This document shows, piece by piece, positions 40,601-53,367 of a DNA stretch of 64,000 nt. Position 1 is the stretch's first letter, and every line of letters starts with the position of its first letter. A program made the translations under genes and the position numbers. Location: assembly GCA_051362555.1 (NCBI GenBank), contig CM120640.1:15624001-15688000 (forward strand), written 5' to 3'. This DNA is from Lingula anatina (lineage: Eukaryota > Animalia > Brachiopoda). The notes under the pieces are model-generated. The model saw only the letters and a list, made by a program, of their open reading frames with translations. It was not told the origin of the DNA and ran no database searches.

Positions 40601-43123
40601 TGGATACATAGTTGGGGCCCTGTGTGCCATGTGTGGTGTACTAATGATAGCCCTTCCCGTGCCTGTCATAGTGAACAATTTTGCTATGTATTACACCCAT
40701 GCTCAAGCAAAACTTAAACTTCCCAAGAAAAAGAAAAATCCGTTTATTGGATTTGCTGACCCATTGCGGTGCCAAGGCGGATTCGGGGTGCCCAGTGAGT
40801 GCCCAGGGAGCGAGTTTTCTTCTCGAGTGCCTACCCCGGACACCAGCTGCCAGTATTCTGCTGAATGCAACAATAACCCGGACAAAGAGGGTAACGAAGA
40901 CAGCCTGGAAGACAGCGGAGACAGCGAGATGGCGAAAGTCAACGGTAGCACTAACGCATCAGGTAGGCGGAGAAATTAGCATTATTTATAAAGATCAGTG
41001 TTACGCCCCAATCAAACCTTTGCTAAATGGTACAGCTATAAAACCAAAGAAAGGAAGGTAAGCATACAGATAAGATTTCATAAAGAATTGCATTTTTGGC
41101 TGTCTAATTTACTGTTAAATTGTTCTTGCTGCATTCTCCGATGAACTATTATTACTATTGTGCTAAGGAATAGAAAAAAAGTATAGAGACCTTAGCAAAT
41201 GTTTATGTTATCGAATCTCGAGCACTTGCGTCAAATGTATCCCAATAACGTCAACTTAATTGTTAACCTTTTATCACATTTCTCATATTTTTAGATTTTA
41301 CAAAAAAATGTTAATGAGGCCCCGGTCAATGTTGTAAATAATCATTAACGACAATGTCATGAACGAGTAAGTGCGACGAAAAATGGTACCAATCGATAAC
41401 GGAAGTTTATCGCCATTGGTTAAAATCGATACATTTTCGATAATAGCACAAATTATTTATAGCAAAAACAGAAGAAACAGTATCTACTTCGCACAATATT
41501 TTCAATATAAACGAACACAGTTTTGATAATAACAAGTATCCCATGATTGATAACGGGACAGTGATACTACATTCTTGACAAGTGCCATTTACTTGTTAAG
41601 TGAATGCAGCTGACGTAATTGTTCTGTTTTTTAAAGGTAACCTTTTTATCATCATTATATTTTGAAATACAGCTTGCTGTACACTGCTGCCCCTCCCCTT
41701 TAAAAATTGATATACAGATAAATAATATTACTCATACTAGAGTGAGTAGAATATAATTTTAATTATATTTGTGTATCGAGTTTTAAACTGATCCTAGGCC
41801 AAGTCCAAGTTTTAACTAAGTAACTGGCACAAAACATGCTCCTAATACTGACCAACGCCTTATAACTTGCATAAGTCGAATAAAGTGCATGGTTTTTTGT
41901 TTTTATTCTTTCTATATGGAATTATCTTGGACTCCCGAAAAACCGCACTCGTTACTTTGTCAATATGATTCATGTCAGAGTGCCCCTTGTTAACTTTTTT
42001 TTCCAGTCAGGCAGGTAATCACCCATCTCTATAAACACTTCAGTTTCATTTTATTACAAAATAATTCACACTTAGGCCCTACTAGGATGGTATTTTCGAT
42101 TTATTTTTAGATAATCTACTTTTGCTTATTCTTATGCTGAATCATAAGGTGATTGTTATTCTTAAACTTTATGCTTTTTAAAGCTCGAAAACAATCAAAT
42201 AATTACAGTAAGAATAAAACTTTGTGATCCCAACCAAGCTATAGGACCAACCGTGCTTATTATCTCTGTACTTTCAGCAGCTTCAGCTACCGGAGAACAC
42301 ACGGCCATCACGGTCACATTCACCGACGAAGTGGTCGCTCCTTCCACACCACCACAACTCCAAGTGCCTCAGAGTTTTCCACGTATGAGAGTGGACTCCA
42401 TGTCCCGTCGTAATCCTCTGGGACGACGCCTTAGCCTCTTGCCTAATGGGGGACACATGCCCCCACCCAACCTAGGGGATGAGCATATCAAAGGTAAACG
42501 AAATATTTGTCATTGCGTATTTCATGAATTAATCACGCAACAGGTATTATTGAGGGGGGGGGGGAGGCAATGACATAGGAAGGTTACTTAAGTTTATCGT
42601 GATCAAGTTCTGACACTAAAAAACCAATGGCAAATCTCTGGCATGCTCCTGGCCCTTATCCCTAGAGAGAGGGGGGCGCCTTAGAATCGCTCACAGCAAC
42701 ATCTACGTCTAGTCTAAAATATTTTCACATTCTCTCAACTTTATCCCGCTTTATATTTGCGTCAACAAACAAGACACAGTATGACGAATTTTTTTTCTTA
42801 AATAGCGTACAGATTTGAAGTGCTACTTGGTCTGGTCTGTTTCCCTGTTGAAAATATAAACAAAAATTTAAAAAAGTAATGATAAATGGTGTTTTATAGT
42901 GTAAAGTCTCCACAAGACGCCTCCGTGACACCTCGCAAAGTATTGGAATCCCTTTTAGTCCAACTGATTATATGCAGTAAATTTCCCCAGTTTCTGCAGC
43001 TATTTTTGCAAGTTTTTGATATACTGCTTCATTTATTCATTTTTTAAAAAATCTCTTGCAGAAAATGGACATTCCGGACGTCGAAGAACAAACATATTAC
43101 AGCTACCCGAGGTGGGGGTTTAG
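37664..43123 (+). CDS. Voltage-gated potassium channel, Kv3/Shaw (KCNC) subfamily
   Basis: Exons 37664-38275 (T1: INVGG, EYFFDRHP, GKLH...CGP...EPCCW), 39900-40962 (S4 KLFRLIRIFRIFKLTRH, pore TMTTLGYGD, S6 LPVPVIVNNF), 42278-42493, 43062-43123. The last two exons are less certain. Confidence 0.9.
38345..39450. mobile_element. Degenerate ~1.1-kb TIR element (Kolobok-like) in Kv intron 1
   Basis: About 140-bp imperfect inverted arms, 38345-38480 and 39310-39450. Right end GGGATCCC|TTAA, left end ATAA|GGAACCCC. Confidence 0.6.
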
Positions 43124-44354
43124 CGATAGGACGTGCTTCACCTCACGTGCTCAAGTTACCATTACCCCCCCCCCCCCCTCCCCTGGCCCAGTGGCAGTCT
43201 TCGCAGTGACCGCACCTGAATGTACAGCAATCGGCAGCCAACTCCAGATCAGTATTACCAATTTATTAACTCTAATGAAACCATGGAAACCGCGTACAAA
43301 GTGTGCACACCGTGAGAAGCAAGCAGGTGTCTGTTACCGGCAAACTGCACATCTACAGCCTCCAGACTTATATTATTTACATATTGCTTTACCAGAGCAG
43401 TCTGCCTTAAATTATTTCCATTTATTTCCTTATCGGATACAAAGATAAGCTGAATGAGTCTATACGAGTGTTTTACTTCCAAGAAATATGTTATCAATGT
43501 TTTAAAAATAAACAATTTTCATGAGAGGTTTACATAACGCTGCTCAATCGGAAGCTCTCCCTAAACAGTACATAGTTGGAAACGTTTTATGCCATTGTAA
43601 TATTAAAATTGTGAATGACAAGACAAAATGCTCTAGGTTAATATAACAAATAGACCCAATGCATTATATGGAAATTTGAAATGTAATACCCAAATAAGCG
43701 ATACAGTATGCAGTTGACCTACGACAAAACAGAAGACATTAAACTGCTATGCAATTGATAGGTTGTATTATCCATGTTGCACTCATTAAAAAAGCCGTTT
43801 TAACTTGATGCTTTGCAAAAATGGAATGTTATTTTTCTAATCCACTCCCTACTTCTATTCATATTGTATGTAAGCTCCATCGGCTGATACAAGGGTAACA
43901 AACAAAACTGCCCATTTTCATCTCCACATTCCAATAGTATTGAAGAGTGGGAAGACCAAAAAAGGGGTGGGCTGACGTTTGGCTATCTTTACTTAGTTTT
44001 GATCTGCCGCTGATGCCTTCTAAATGGTTTTTCATTTACAAAAAATGTTAATCAACACCTTTCTTGTTAACAATTATACAAAGCTACCTAATGTAGTTCA
44101 AAAATGAAAAATATTTGATAACAATGATCTTAGTGGGCATTTTTACATCCAAGTTTGTGCCATACTTACTGGAGTTTCACCCAGAAAAAGTCGTAAGTTT
44201 TGTGCTATAGTTACTGTTACTGCTTTCACTTTGATATTAAAGAAACGATTTCATGATAACACTATAGCAATCTATGTCATTTGACTAAACAAATGTTACA
44301 GGCTCGAAATAACTGAACCAATAAGTATTCTTCCAACTTTTCTGGTGCTTCTGT

Positions 44355-47300
44355 TTACTTAGACTGGGACCGTGATCGTGATCTTGATCTTGAGGCACTG
44401 AAATTATAAAACATTGTATTTTTAATGTTCTGAAGAAAACTATCACAATTTCTCTTAGGGTGCTTTCCCAGAGATTTAGATCAATATAAAGATTAAGAGT
44501 TCGACCTAACTCCCTGGGGGTTCACGCTAAATTGCAGTCAGCCGAGCAGGCACCATAGTTAATTTCCCCCTTACAGCTTTTAGTAGGCAGGACAGATGCT
44601 TAAGCCAGCCAAGCTGACAGTAATCTAGTGAGACTCCCCACAGGGATAGATCGATCTAAAAATCTATGGAAATGGGGTGTTAATGTCTAAATCAATCATC
44701 TATCTGAAATTGCAAAAAGTCAATTTTCAATTCAGAAGACTGTTAAGTAACCTGACAGATAAATCAAAGCATGAACTAAAAAATACAGACTAACCTCTTT
44801 TTTGCAGGTGATTTAGACTTGTCCTTTGATTTGCTTTCTCCTCTGTAATAGGTGATGAAAGGTAAACATGACAAACATTTTCCATGCAATTTTTTGAATT
44901 CAATAAATTGATAGCACAATTAAACAGGGATGAGACCAGCCCTCACTGAAAAAGTAGGAAAATTGGCCGGGGTCCAGGGTATAAGATTAACAAGAATGAC
45001 CCAAATGACCTCTGAAAAGTCGGAATTCCGACAAAATTGAAGTCTTATCAGTGATAAAAGGGTAAACATACAACAATTCTTAATTCTAATTTAGAGAACA
45101 ATTATATTCAACTCACAATATGTGAGGTACCTGAACCGCTACAAATGTAAATTAAAAATTATTAATGACTCTACCCAGACTTACTTTCTTGGTGACTTAG
45201 AAGACCTCTTGGCCTCTTCCTTGTCATTTTCACCACTGTAAAAAGAGCAGACAGAATTAGTTCCAGATGGTATTACCTTCTACAGTTTGACGTATTTTCT
45301 AGCTAAGCAAATAATCAATATATGTTACAACTGACTTTTCTAAACTGAAAATACATTTTTGCAAAAAATGGCTAAACGTCTAAAGAATGTTAAAACCAAA
45401 TAACACTTACTTTCTGTCTTCGTCATCTTTTCTGTCCTGGCTAGGACTTCTACTGCGACTTCTAGAACATAATTATGTTAGGTCATTTAGTGCACACTTC
45501 AAGTTTTCCTGATAACTTGATTCTACATCCCATACATCATTTTTACAGAACATTTTGCATCCTCAAACCTGGCTTAATGCCATTTATTATAACTTGCTTT
45601 TTAGTCTTGTGCTCTTCTTACCTCTTTGGGGACTTGGATCTCGCCTTCTCCTTTCTTTTAGGGGATTCACTTTTGTTTCTTAAATAATAAAGTATGTTGT
45701 TAAAGACATAAAACAAATTTCAAGCAAATATTATTGAAATATTTATCAAAATTAAACATGCAAAACAGAAATTTTAAATTTTCAATTGTGACTTATGGCA
45801 TTTTTTTTTCATATGTTGAGTATGATAAATCATCAATGCAGTCACAAACATACCTCTTTGGCGATTTGGAAGTGCTCTTTTTGTCTTGTCTATCTTTATC
45901 CTTATTACGTCCACTGTCACTTCTGCGCCTGTAATGTTACCAGATACCATATACAGCTTTCGTGGTCACACAGCATTCTCAATAATTAAAATGACAACAT
46001 TTTGCAGGAAAACTATTTCCAGTACAACTTGTATATGTCATACTTTGCATGAATTAAATATGAACATTTTCAAAGTCTTGCAATCTCAAGAGCAAGTTTG
46101 TTCAATTTATGTAATGTGATCTTTCATTCATACAAAGAAGCATCCATGCACCAATACATAGTTGGCTGTTCAAGGGTGATAAAAAAAAAAAAAAAAAAAA
46201 AAAAGAAAATAACTAGAGGATCAGAGAGGCGATACCGCCTCCGAATATTGTACCACCAGCTGGAGCAAGCGCATTCGTATAGACCCCCACATACACAAAA
46301 TAAGGGACACAGCCACCAGTTTTGTGCTTGACAAGCTGTAAAAATGCAATCAACAAGAATTTTTAAACTTTTGCAAAAAATATATATGGTACAATCAAAT
46401 TTAAGTTCTTCGTAAGATAGGTCAAGGGTCAATTTCAAGGTCATAGTAAATTGCCAGTATATGACTTCCTATTCAAGTTCAATAGTAACTATGGACCTAT
46501 CTCTGCCAGTTTTGGAGACAAAAGGAAAGCAAAATTTGCAAAGTTCAGTTCATGGTGAAAAGTAGGTCAAAGGTCAATTTTAAGGTCACATTTAGATTCC
46601 CAGTATATGACTTCTATTCAAGTTCAATAGTAACTACGGACCTATCTCACCAGTTTTGGAGACAAAAGAAAAGCAAAATTTGCAAAATTCAGTTCATGGT
46701 GTAAAGTAGGTCAAAGGTCAATTTTAAGGTCACATTTAGATTGCCAGTATATGACTTCCTATTCAAGTTCAATAGTAACTATGGACCTATCTCTGCCAGT
46801 TTTGGAGATAAAAGGAAAGCAAAATTTGCAAAGTTCAGTTCATGGTGAAAAGTAGGTCAAAGGTCAATTTTAAGGTCACATTTAGATTCCCAGTATATGA
46901 CTTCCTATTCAAGTTCAATAGTAACTATGGACCTATCTCTGCCAGTTTTGGAGATAAAAGGGAAGCAAAATTCACATTTAGATTGCCAGTATATGACTTT
47001 CTATTCAAGTTCAATACTAACTATGGACATATCTCAGCCAGTTTTGGAGATAAAAGGGAAGCAAAATTGGCAAAGTTCAGTTCATGGTGAAAAGTAGGTC
47101 AAAGGTCAATTTTAAGATCACATTTAGATTGCCAGTATATGACTTCCTATTCAAGTTCAATAGTAACTATGGACCTATCTCTGCCAGTTTTGGAGATAAA
47201 AATTGCCAGTATATGACTTCCTATTCAAGTTCAATAGTAAACTTCCTATTCAACTTCAATAGTAACTATGGACCTATCTCTGCCAGTTTTGGAGATATAA

Positions 47301-50300
47301 GGGACTAAATGTTATAATTTTGGAGTTACCATAATGTGCCTTAAATTTCGTACAGAAAAAATTAATTAAAATAAAGAAAATGTCATTTTGGTCAAAATTC
47401 TTGAAATAGGAGGTGCTCTGAAGTTTCAGAAGTTCAAATTTGATGAAATAATGTCATTTTTGAACACAAGTTGTCTGCTTTGCCAAGCCTTGTGTTTTAT
47501 TTTTCCAGAGTTCAAAATTTATTATCCATTACCGTACTGCACATTTTGCTTTTACCACCAATATGTACTTTTTGATACAGCGTAACTCAAAAACCGTATG
47601 GAATAGAAAAAAACGGAGACCACCTCCAGTGTTGGGCTTTACATGCTCTACAAAATGCAAAAAAGAATGGGTCTCTAGCATTAACGGTTCCCGAATTAGA
47701 GACAGTTTTCAGTTTGGGTATCTTATGGCCGCTACTCCCGTGAAAATGCACCGATTGACCTCAAATTCATGGAGATGAAAGATGACCTGAAGGGTAACAC
47801 TTTCCAATAATATTATTGGTTAAGTCTGTGTAGTGTCTGAATAACAGGGCAAAAAAATTTTTTTTCGTAAAAAATTTCATCTTTTTGAAAATTTAGGCCC
47901 ATTTGACCTTGAAGTAAAGGTCAAAGGTCAAATCCAAGGGTATATTTGAAATCTACACATATGACTTTTGGAAAGCCGTCTATAGAAATTTTTCCCATAA
48001 CTCCTTCCGTAGGGTAGATAATTAGCATTTAATTTTGCCATTTTTAGACAAGGGTGCATTGTAATGAGTGCCACACCCAGACCCCAATACCGACAAAGCC
48101 CAAATTTTACGTGGAACGAGTTGAGATTATAGGTGACCTAAATCCATGAGATGGGTACGGGGGCCCTTACCGTCTAGGAGGAGAAGCGGTAACGGTAGCC
48201 GTCCGGCGGAACGATCCGGACGGGACCGAAACCATGTGTACCGCCAGCGCTAACGCTGGTGGTACAATGACTGGAATCCTTAGCATTGTTTAAATACATA
48301 AGACATTCAATTTATTGGAAAATATACCCCATTTTGTGGAGAATGAATATGTCTTAAAAATAGCATTTTATATCTTCAAACCTGAATAAATGCCACATAA
48401 TTCAAGTTGTAGCTGTACATGACATGACACTAGCATCTGCAACAATCTACAAATTCAATCCCTAAAGTGTTGTATTCAGAATGCTTATATCACATCCACA
48501 TTACACATACCTCCTTGGAGATCTTGAAGAACTTCTTTTCTTATCCTTACGTGTTCTGCTCCTGAAAACATAATATTATATCATAATCATACAATATGTT
48601 CTCATATCGATTGACTTGAAATGGGATAAAACATAATATTGACAGCTAATGTCATCAATAAAAATGATACTGACCCATGACGTAATTGCCATTTTTTTAC
48701 CCATCAAAGAAAAAGGGCAACAGATGACAACTGATGTTGGATTGCAGCCATGTTGCAACTTTTGGTGAAACAGCATACCGACCTCAAGTAGTCATTAACT
48801 GTATAATATTACTGACATATTGCCTGCTATATCAAACATATTTTGTTCCAAGAAAGAGTATTAAAAAGATATATTTGCCCTTTTCACATAGTATTAAGTG
48901 TTCTAAATTTGCCACTTGCTATGTTAAACAGATCATGCATGTTTGTTATTAAAATAAAATAACACACTAACCTTGATCTACTACGAGAGCGACTGCGACG
49001 ACCTCTGGAGCGTGATCTAGAACGGGATCTAGAATAAGACCTGAAATCAAAGGAAAATAATTACATTCAATTCAGTTGAAGCTCTACTTTTCTATGCTTA
49101 TAGACTTAATTAATTCAAGGGCAAGAAATTCCCATTGCCAAACAAATTAAAGATGTATTTTTTCCATGAACTTTTTGAGCCTGCATTTTTATTTCAACAA
49201 ATCAGATGTAAAGTAATTGTGCCAAATTTATAAATAAAATACTTAATAATGGCCCCGTGGACCAAAATAAGTGCCTGGCAAAGGCAATTTCAGCCCTGTA
49301 CAAAATTATATTCAATAAATACCTAACTATTTAAAAAAAATTTAAAAAAAAAAAAACTTAAGTACGGTCTATGACTCAGAAGTATGACACATAATATCTT
49401 TCGTAAGAAAAAAAGAACTAACAGTCGGACTTCTGATTTGTACCTAGATAACTTGATTCTGATGAAGTTTAATTTGCAGTAAGTCAAAAGATCATTTCTT
49501 TAAGTTGATGATTATATGACTGAACTCATCAATGAGGTTTTTAAGAGGGTGTGAATAAGGCACTTGCCAAACAGCTGCTTAAGACTGCTCAAGTAATTTA
49601 TTAACCAAAATATAACAATTCATTAAAAAAAAACTTCAGGGTTTCCTTTTTCATCTTTCTTTTTTTTAAGTGCTATCAGTACTATTGTGATTTTACCAAT
49701 ATATCTTCAACTCATCAAAAAAAGTTCAGGGTTTCCCTTTTCTTCTTTCTTTTCTACTACTATCAGTACTATTGTGATTTTACTGATCTCTCTTTTTTTG
49801 TCAAGGGTCCATATCCACAACCTCCGTGCAGAAATCCAAATAAGCTAGCTTGGGTGTTTGAATGTAGAAAATCTGTTTCAAATAAGTAGCATGGTGAGGA
49901 ATAAACAGACCTCCTATACTGAAAGGGATACAAAAAGAGGGGTATTTCAATTTAATCATCTATGATGCAACTAATGATGAAGCCCTCCTGCTCCTAATTT
50001 CATTTTCAAAAGATTTGTCATCAAAGCCAGGAAGTCAGAGATTCCTGTACAATTTGAAGTCCGAAGAAAACAACATAAATCTGATACAGTATGTTAAATT
50101 ATTTGATTATAATTTTATACTGAAAAAAAAACTTCTTTCAGTAATTTCTTTGTAGCAAGTGGACTTCATTAATTCTTACCTGTACAACCTTGTATCTACA
50201 GAAAACAAAAATATAACTGAACAAGATGTGTTACCAAAAAAGGGGTAACATACACAACAGTGTCCACATCACGATGGTCCAGTCCTGTGGAGGGGGTCCC

Positions 50301-52084
50301 AAGGACCTATGGCTAACCATTATCCATTAAACTCCACCATCATCAACACCATCCTTCTCCTTTCTCTTAATTAATGCCGAAGTAGAAGCACCACAAGAGG
50401 CTGTGGTCTTCTTCAAGCAACAGGGGCCAGTCCTCTCTCATTTTAACCACCAATTTACCACCATGATCATCATCATCATCATCACAACATCACCATCACC
50501 AATTCCATCATACCATTATTTGATACCAAAAGCTCTTACCAGCCTAGTGTGAAAAATCAAAAGAGAATTCCAGGATAAGAAAGAATCTTTCAAATCTGTT
50601 ATAATTATTGTCACTGTCAAATGTGCTCTCTGTTACAAAAGGTTCTTTGGAAAAAACAAAAGAGTTCCTCATTGTCAGGTTAATATATTATAAGAATATT
50701 GTGTTCTTCTAAATACGAGTAGATAATACACCCCTCCCTGTACAAAAAGACTTCAAAAACTTTATAGACCTTTCATAATTTTAAAACCTAGTTTTTGTTT
50801 AAGACAACAGAATACAAAGAAGTCTGTTTTCTTGTTATGCTGGATCCTTCAACGATGATTTAATTTATCATGAATCTGGTGTCTACAGTGTGGTTAGCAA
50901 TGGTGATGCACGGCAAAAAAGTCTTCTTTTTCATGGTACTTATTGCGTTAAGTGGCCAATAAAACCACACTGCTCTCCATGTCCACATGCTGACTTCATA
51001 AAACCTGTCATAATGCTGCTTACTTAAACTATGATACAAGGACACAAGCAAAGCTTAAACCTGTACATTCTTTAACATAAAGATTTTTTTCCAGATTACA
51101 ATAACTCACAAATATACAGACAAACAATTAACAAAATGTGCAATTAATGATTCTAATTATTCCAATAAATATTTTTCAGCAATCTGGTAGTGAAATCAAT
51201 TTGATATAGTAAAAAAAACTAGAGGGTCTTCAATGTATCCACATAAGAATTAAACAAATCAACTCTGCAAAAGGCTACTGTAACCACTAAATTAAATTTG
51301 GAACAGGATACACTGTACGTACAAACATTTTTATAAATGTGCATAAATGGGGCATATCATTAGCAAGCAAGATAAGCAATACTGATTTGAAAGATAAAAT
51401 AGATGCATGGCTTTAAACTATGCAAGTTAAATGGTAAATAAAGACTTTTTTAACACAGGAGATTTCTCACCTTTTTCTTGATCTCCAAATTTCGTCACAG
51501 TCTCTTGAAAAATGTCCCCTCTCTCCACACTGGTAGCACCTCAAGTTTGGGTCAAAACCTCTACGTCTCCGTGCTCCCCTAGTCCTTGGTCTTGCAAAGC
51601 TCACTCTCACTCTTCCCCCACATAATGTCCTACAAATGTCATCAACATATATTAGATTTTAAATTACGGATTTATGAATAAATTTAAGAATATGTGAATT
51701 ATATTGAAGATGGCAAAAATATCATCATGCAAGTAAAAAATAGTGTACTTCCTCATTTATAAATTTCCCTTAAATTGTGACATGTTCACTTTGTAACACA
51801 ATATAATGGCACCATGTATCATACTTTCCATCCATATCCCTGATGGCTTCTTCAGCATCTTCTCTGTGTTTGTACACTATAAAGGCAAAGCACGGTGGGT
51901 TCCGAGCTAGCCATACTTCAATCAAAGGGCCAAACTTCTCAAAGGTTCTTTCTACTTCCCTCTTGGAACAATCTAGGCCCAAATCTGCAACATGAACCCT
52001 GTATCCTTCTGGAGAATAACTTCTGCTTCTTCCTCTACTTCTTGAACGGCTTCTGCTGCGCGATCTTGATCTTGATCGGCCCAT
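44355..52084 (-). CDS. Divergent SRSF3/SRSF7-family SR protein: N-terminal RS tract, RRM, CCHC knuckle, RS/KSP tail
   Basis: Exons 51825-52084, 51471-51629 (CYQCGERGHFSRDC), 48972-49040, 48511-48561, 45854-45928, 45622-45678, 45411-45461, 45185-45235, 44795-44842, 44355-44397. RRM contains VWLARNPPCFAF; all introns phase 2. Confidence 0.88.
44472..44693. repeat. Old degenerate inverted-repeat element
   Basis: GATTTAGA...TCTAAATC ends, with imperfect internal complementarity over roughly 60 bp per arm. Confidence 0.4.
46211..48268 (-). mobile_element. HINE (non-autonomous Helentron) carrying an internal satellite array
   Basis: AACTAG terminus at 46211 (CTAGTT on the - strand); subterminal IR TTGTACCACCAGC (46248) and GCTGGTGGTACAA (48255); terminal hairpin TGTACCGCCAGCGCTAACGCTGGTGGTACA. 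Confidence 0.75.
46418..47305. repeat. Tandem array, 146-bp unit, about 6 copies (two truncated)
   Basis: TT(G/C)CCAGTATATGACTT recurs at 46451, 46597, 46741, 46887, 46983, 47129, 47203. Confidence 0.92.
49620..49783. repeat. Intronic tandem duplication, ~92-bp period
   Basis: TTCAGGGTTTCC...CTATCAGTACTATTGTGATTTTAC occurs twice. Confidence 0.75.
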
Positions 52085-53004
52085 TTTCTCTTAAAGCTGT
52101 AGTGGAAATAAGTCATTGTTAAAATAAATAGAAAAATACCCAATAGCTTCCTGGTTATAAAAAATCTAGTAAAAATATAAGTTTCCAATTAGCAATTATT
52201 GAGATGTACAGTCTAAGGATTTTGTTAAAATTAACTTCTAATAGACAGTCATAATTTCTGGTTGAATGAAAAAAGTAGGAAGAAATGGTTTAGTGGCCGT
52301 AGATCTACAACAAGGGATCTGATTTACAATACAAAAAGGACAAAATCATGTCTGATAGACTGCCAGCACTGAAGAAGCCATATTGATCACAATGTTGTGA
52401 CACCTAATTCTACAGTTCAGTATTGATACTTCACACCATAACATGCTAACGTGTCTACTTTACAGGTTATTCATGACTAACTACGATTCAAATTTTGCAT
52501 TTTCAGCCTGAAACAAAAGTAGTCTTACAAAAATTCCCAATTCCTTGCAATCCCGCTCGGCCTCAGGGTTTACCGCAACCTCATTTTCAACTTATGGTTC
52601 AATTAGATTAATAAATAATGATATTTGTTGAACCTAATAACAATATCCTTACTTCAAAAATTCACTTGCAATGAAATAATTCATTGAGAAGATAATAATA
52701 AACAAAAGGAAATCAAGATTTTTTTCAGAGTTGAACATCTGTTAAGATACTTAGATATTATTATTACATCAATCAAGTACATGCGACCTGTTATGTGACG
52801 CTCGCGTAACCTTGAGCAGTGTCTGGCGTGGTGTGCTCCAGCTCGTAAAGGTGAGTATCAGGGTTAAACGTTGCATGATCTCTCTTGTTGTTTTTGCAAT
52901 TTGTTAGAATCCACAAGTTTCCTCAGCAAATAAGTACCCGTAATACTAACGCGTACATTGCTTACTGATCGTTTCTTTTTTCTTTTCAATGAAAAGACAA
53001 CGGA

Positions 53005-53017
53005 ACAAAAATGGCGG
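53005..53017 (+). promoter_or_regulatory. YY1-like motif between the divergent SR genes
   Basis: AAAATGGCGGC matches the YY1 consensus commonly found near housekeeping TSSs. Confidence 0.45.
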
Positions 53018-53367
53018 CTTTTTGGCTTGCTGACCTCATTTTCATTTTGCGTTCCTAAAATTGCCACCAATATTACCATCGAGATGAAATTCTCCTAGAT
53101 GTGTGGACAACAAATAAGTACAGTGTTTGTCACTTACGTATGTTATGGAATGACCCAGGGATAATGTAAAAACAAGCGCCCGTTTTACTTTCACTTCTGC
53201 GATGGAACAGCCAGGTACAAAGGACTGTGCTGACATCGATAACAAATAGTCTCAAGTAGTCACGGCAAATAACACAATGTTAGCACATTAGATTGTCCGT
53301 GTTCACTTCTTTTGCTATGCTTTCTCTGTTTTGATATCTGAAATTATATAAATGTCATTTTCAGACA

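Noticed and set aside
43056-43448. 130-aa ORF as the Kv terminal exon or a separate gene
   Set aside because: The splice phase from 42493 gives a different frame stopping at 43123; the ORF spans a poly-C tract and has no recognisable motif.
46418-47305. Regularly spaced repeats as a CRISPR array
   Set aside because: Whole units repeat with no unique spacers, the context is eukaryotic and there are no cas genes.
46842-47308. Repetitive ORFs (MVKSRSKVNFK..., MTSYSSSIV...)
   Set aside because: They are translations of the 146-bp satellite, not genes.
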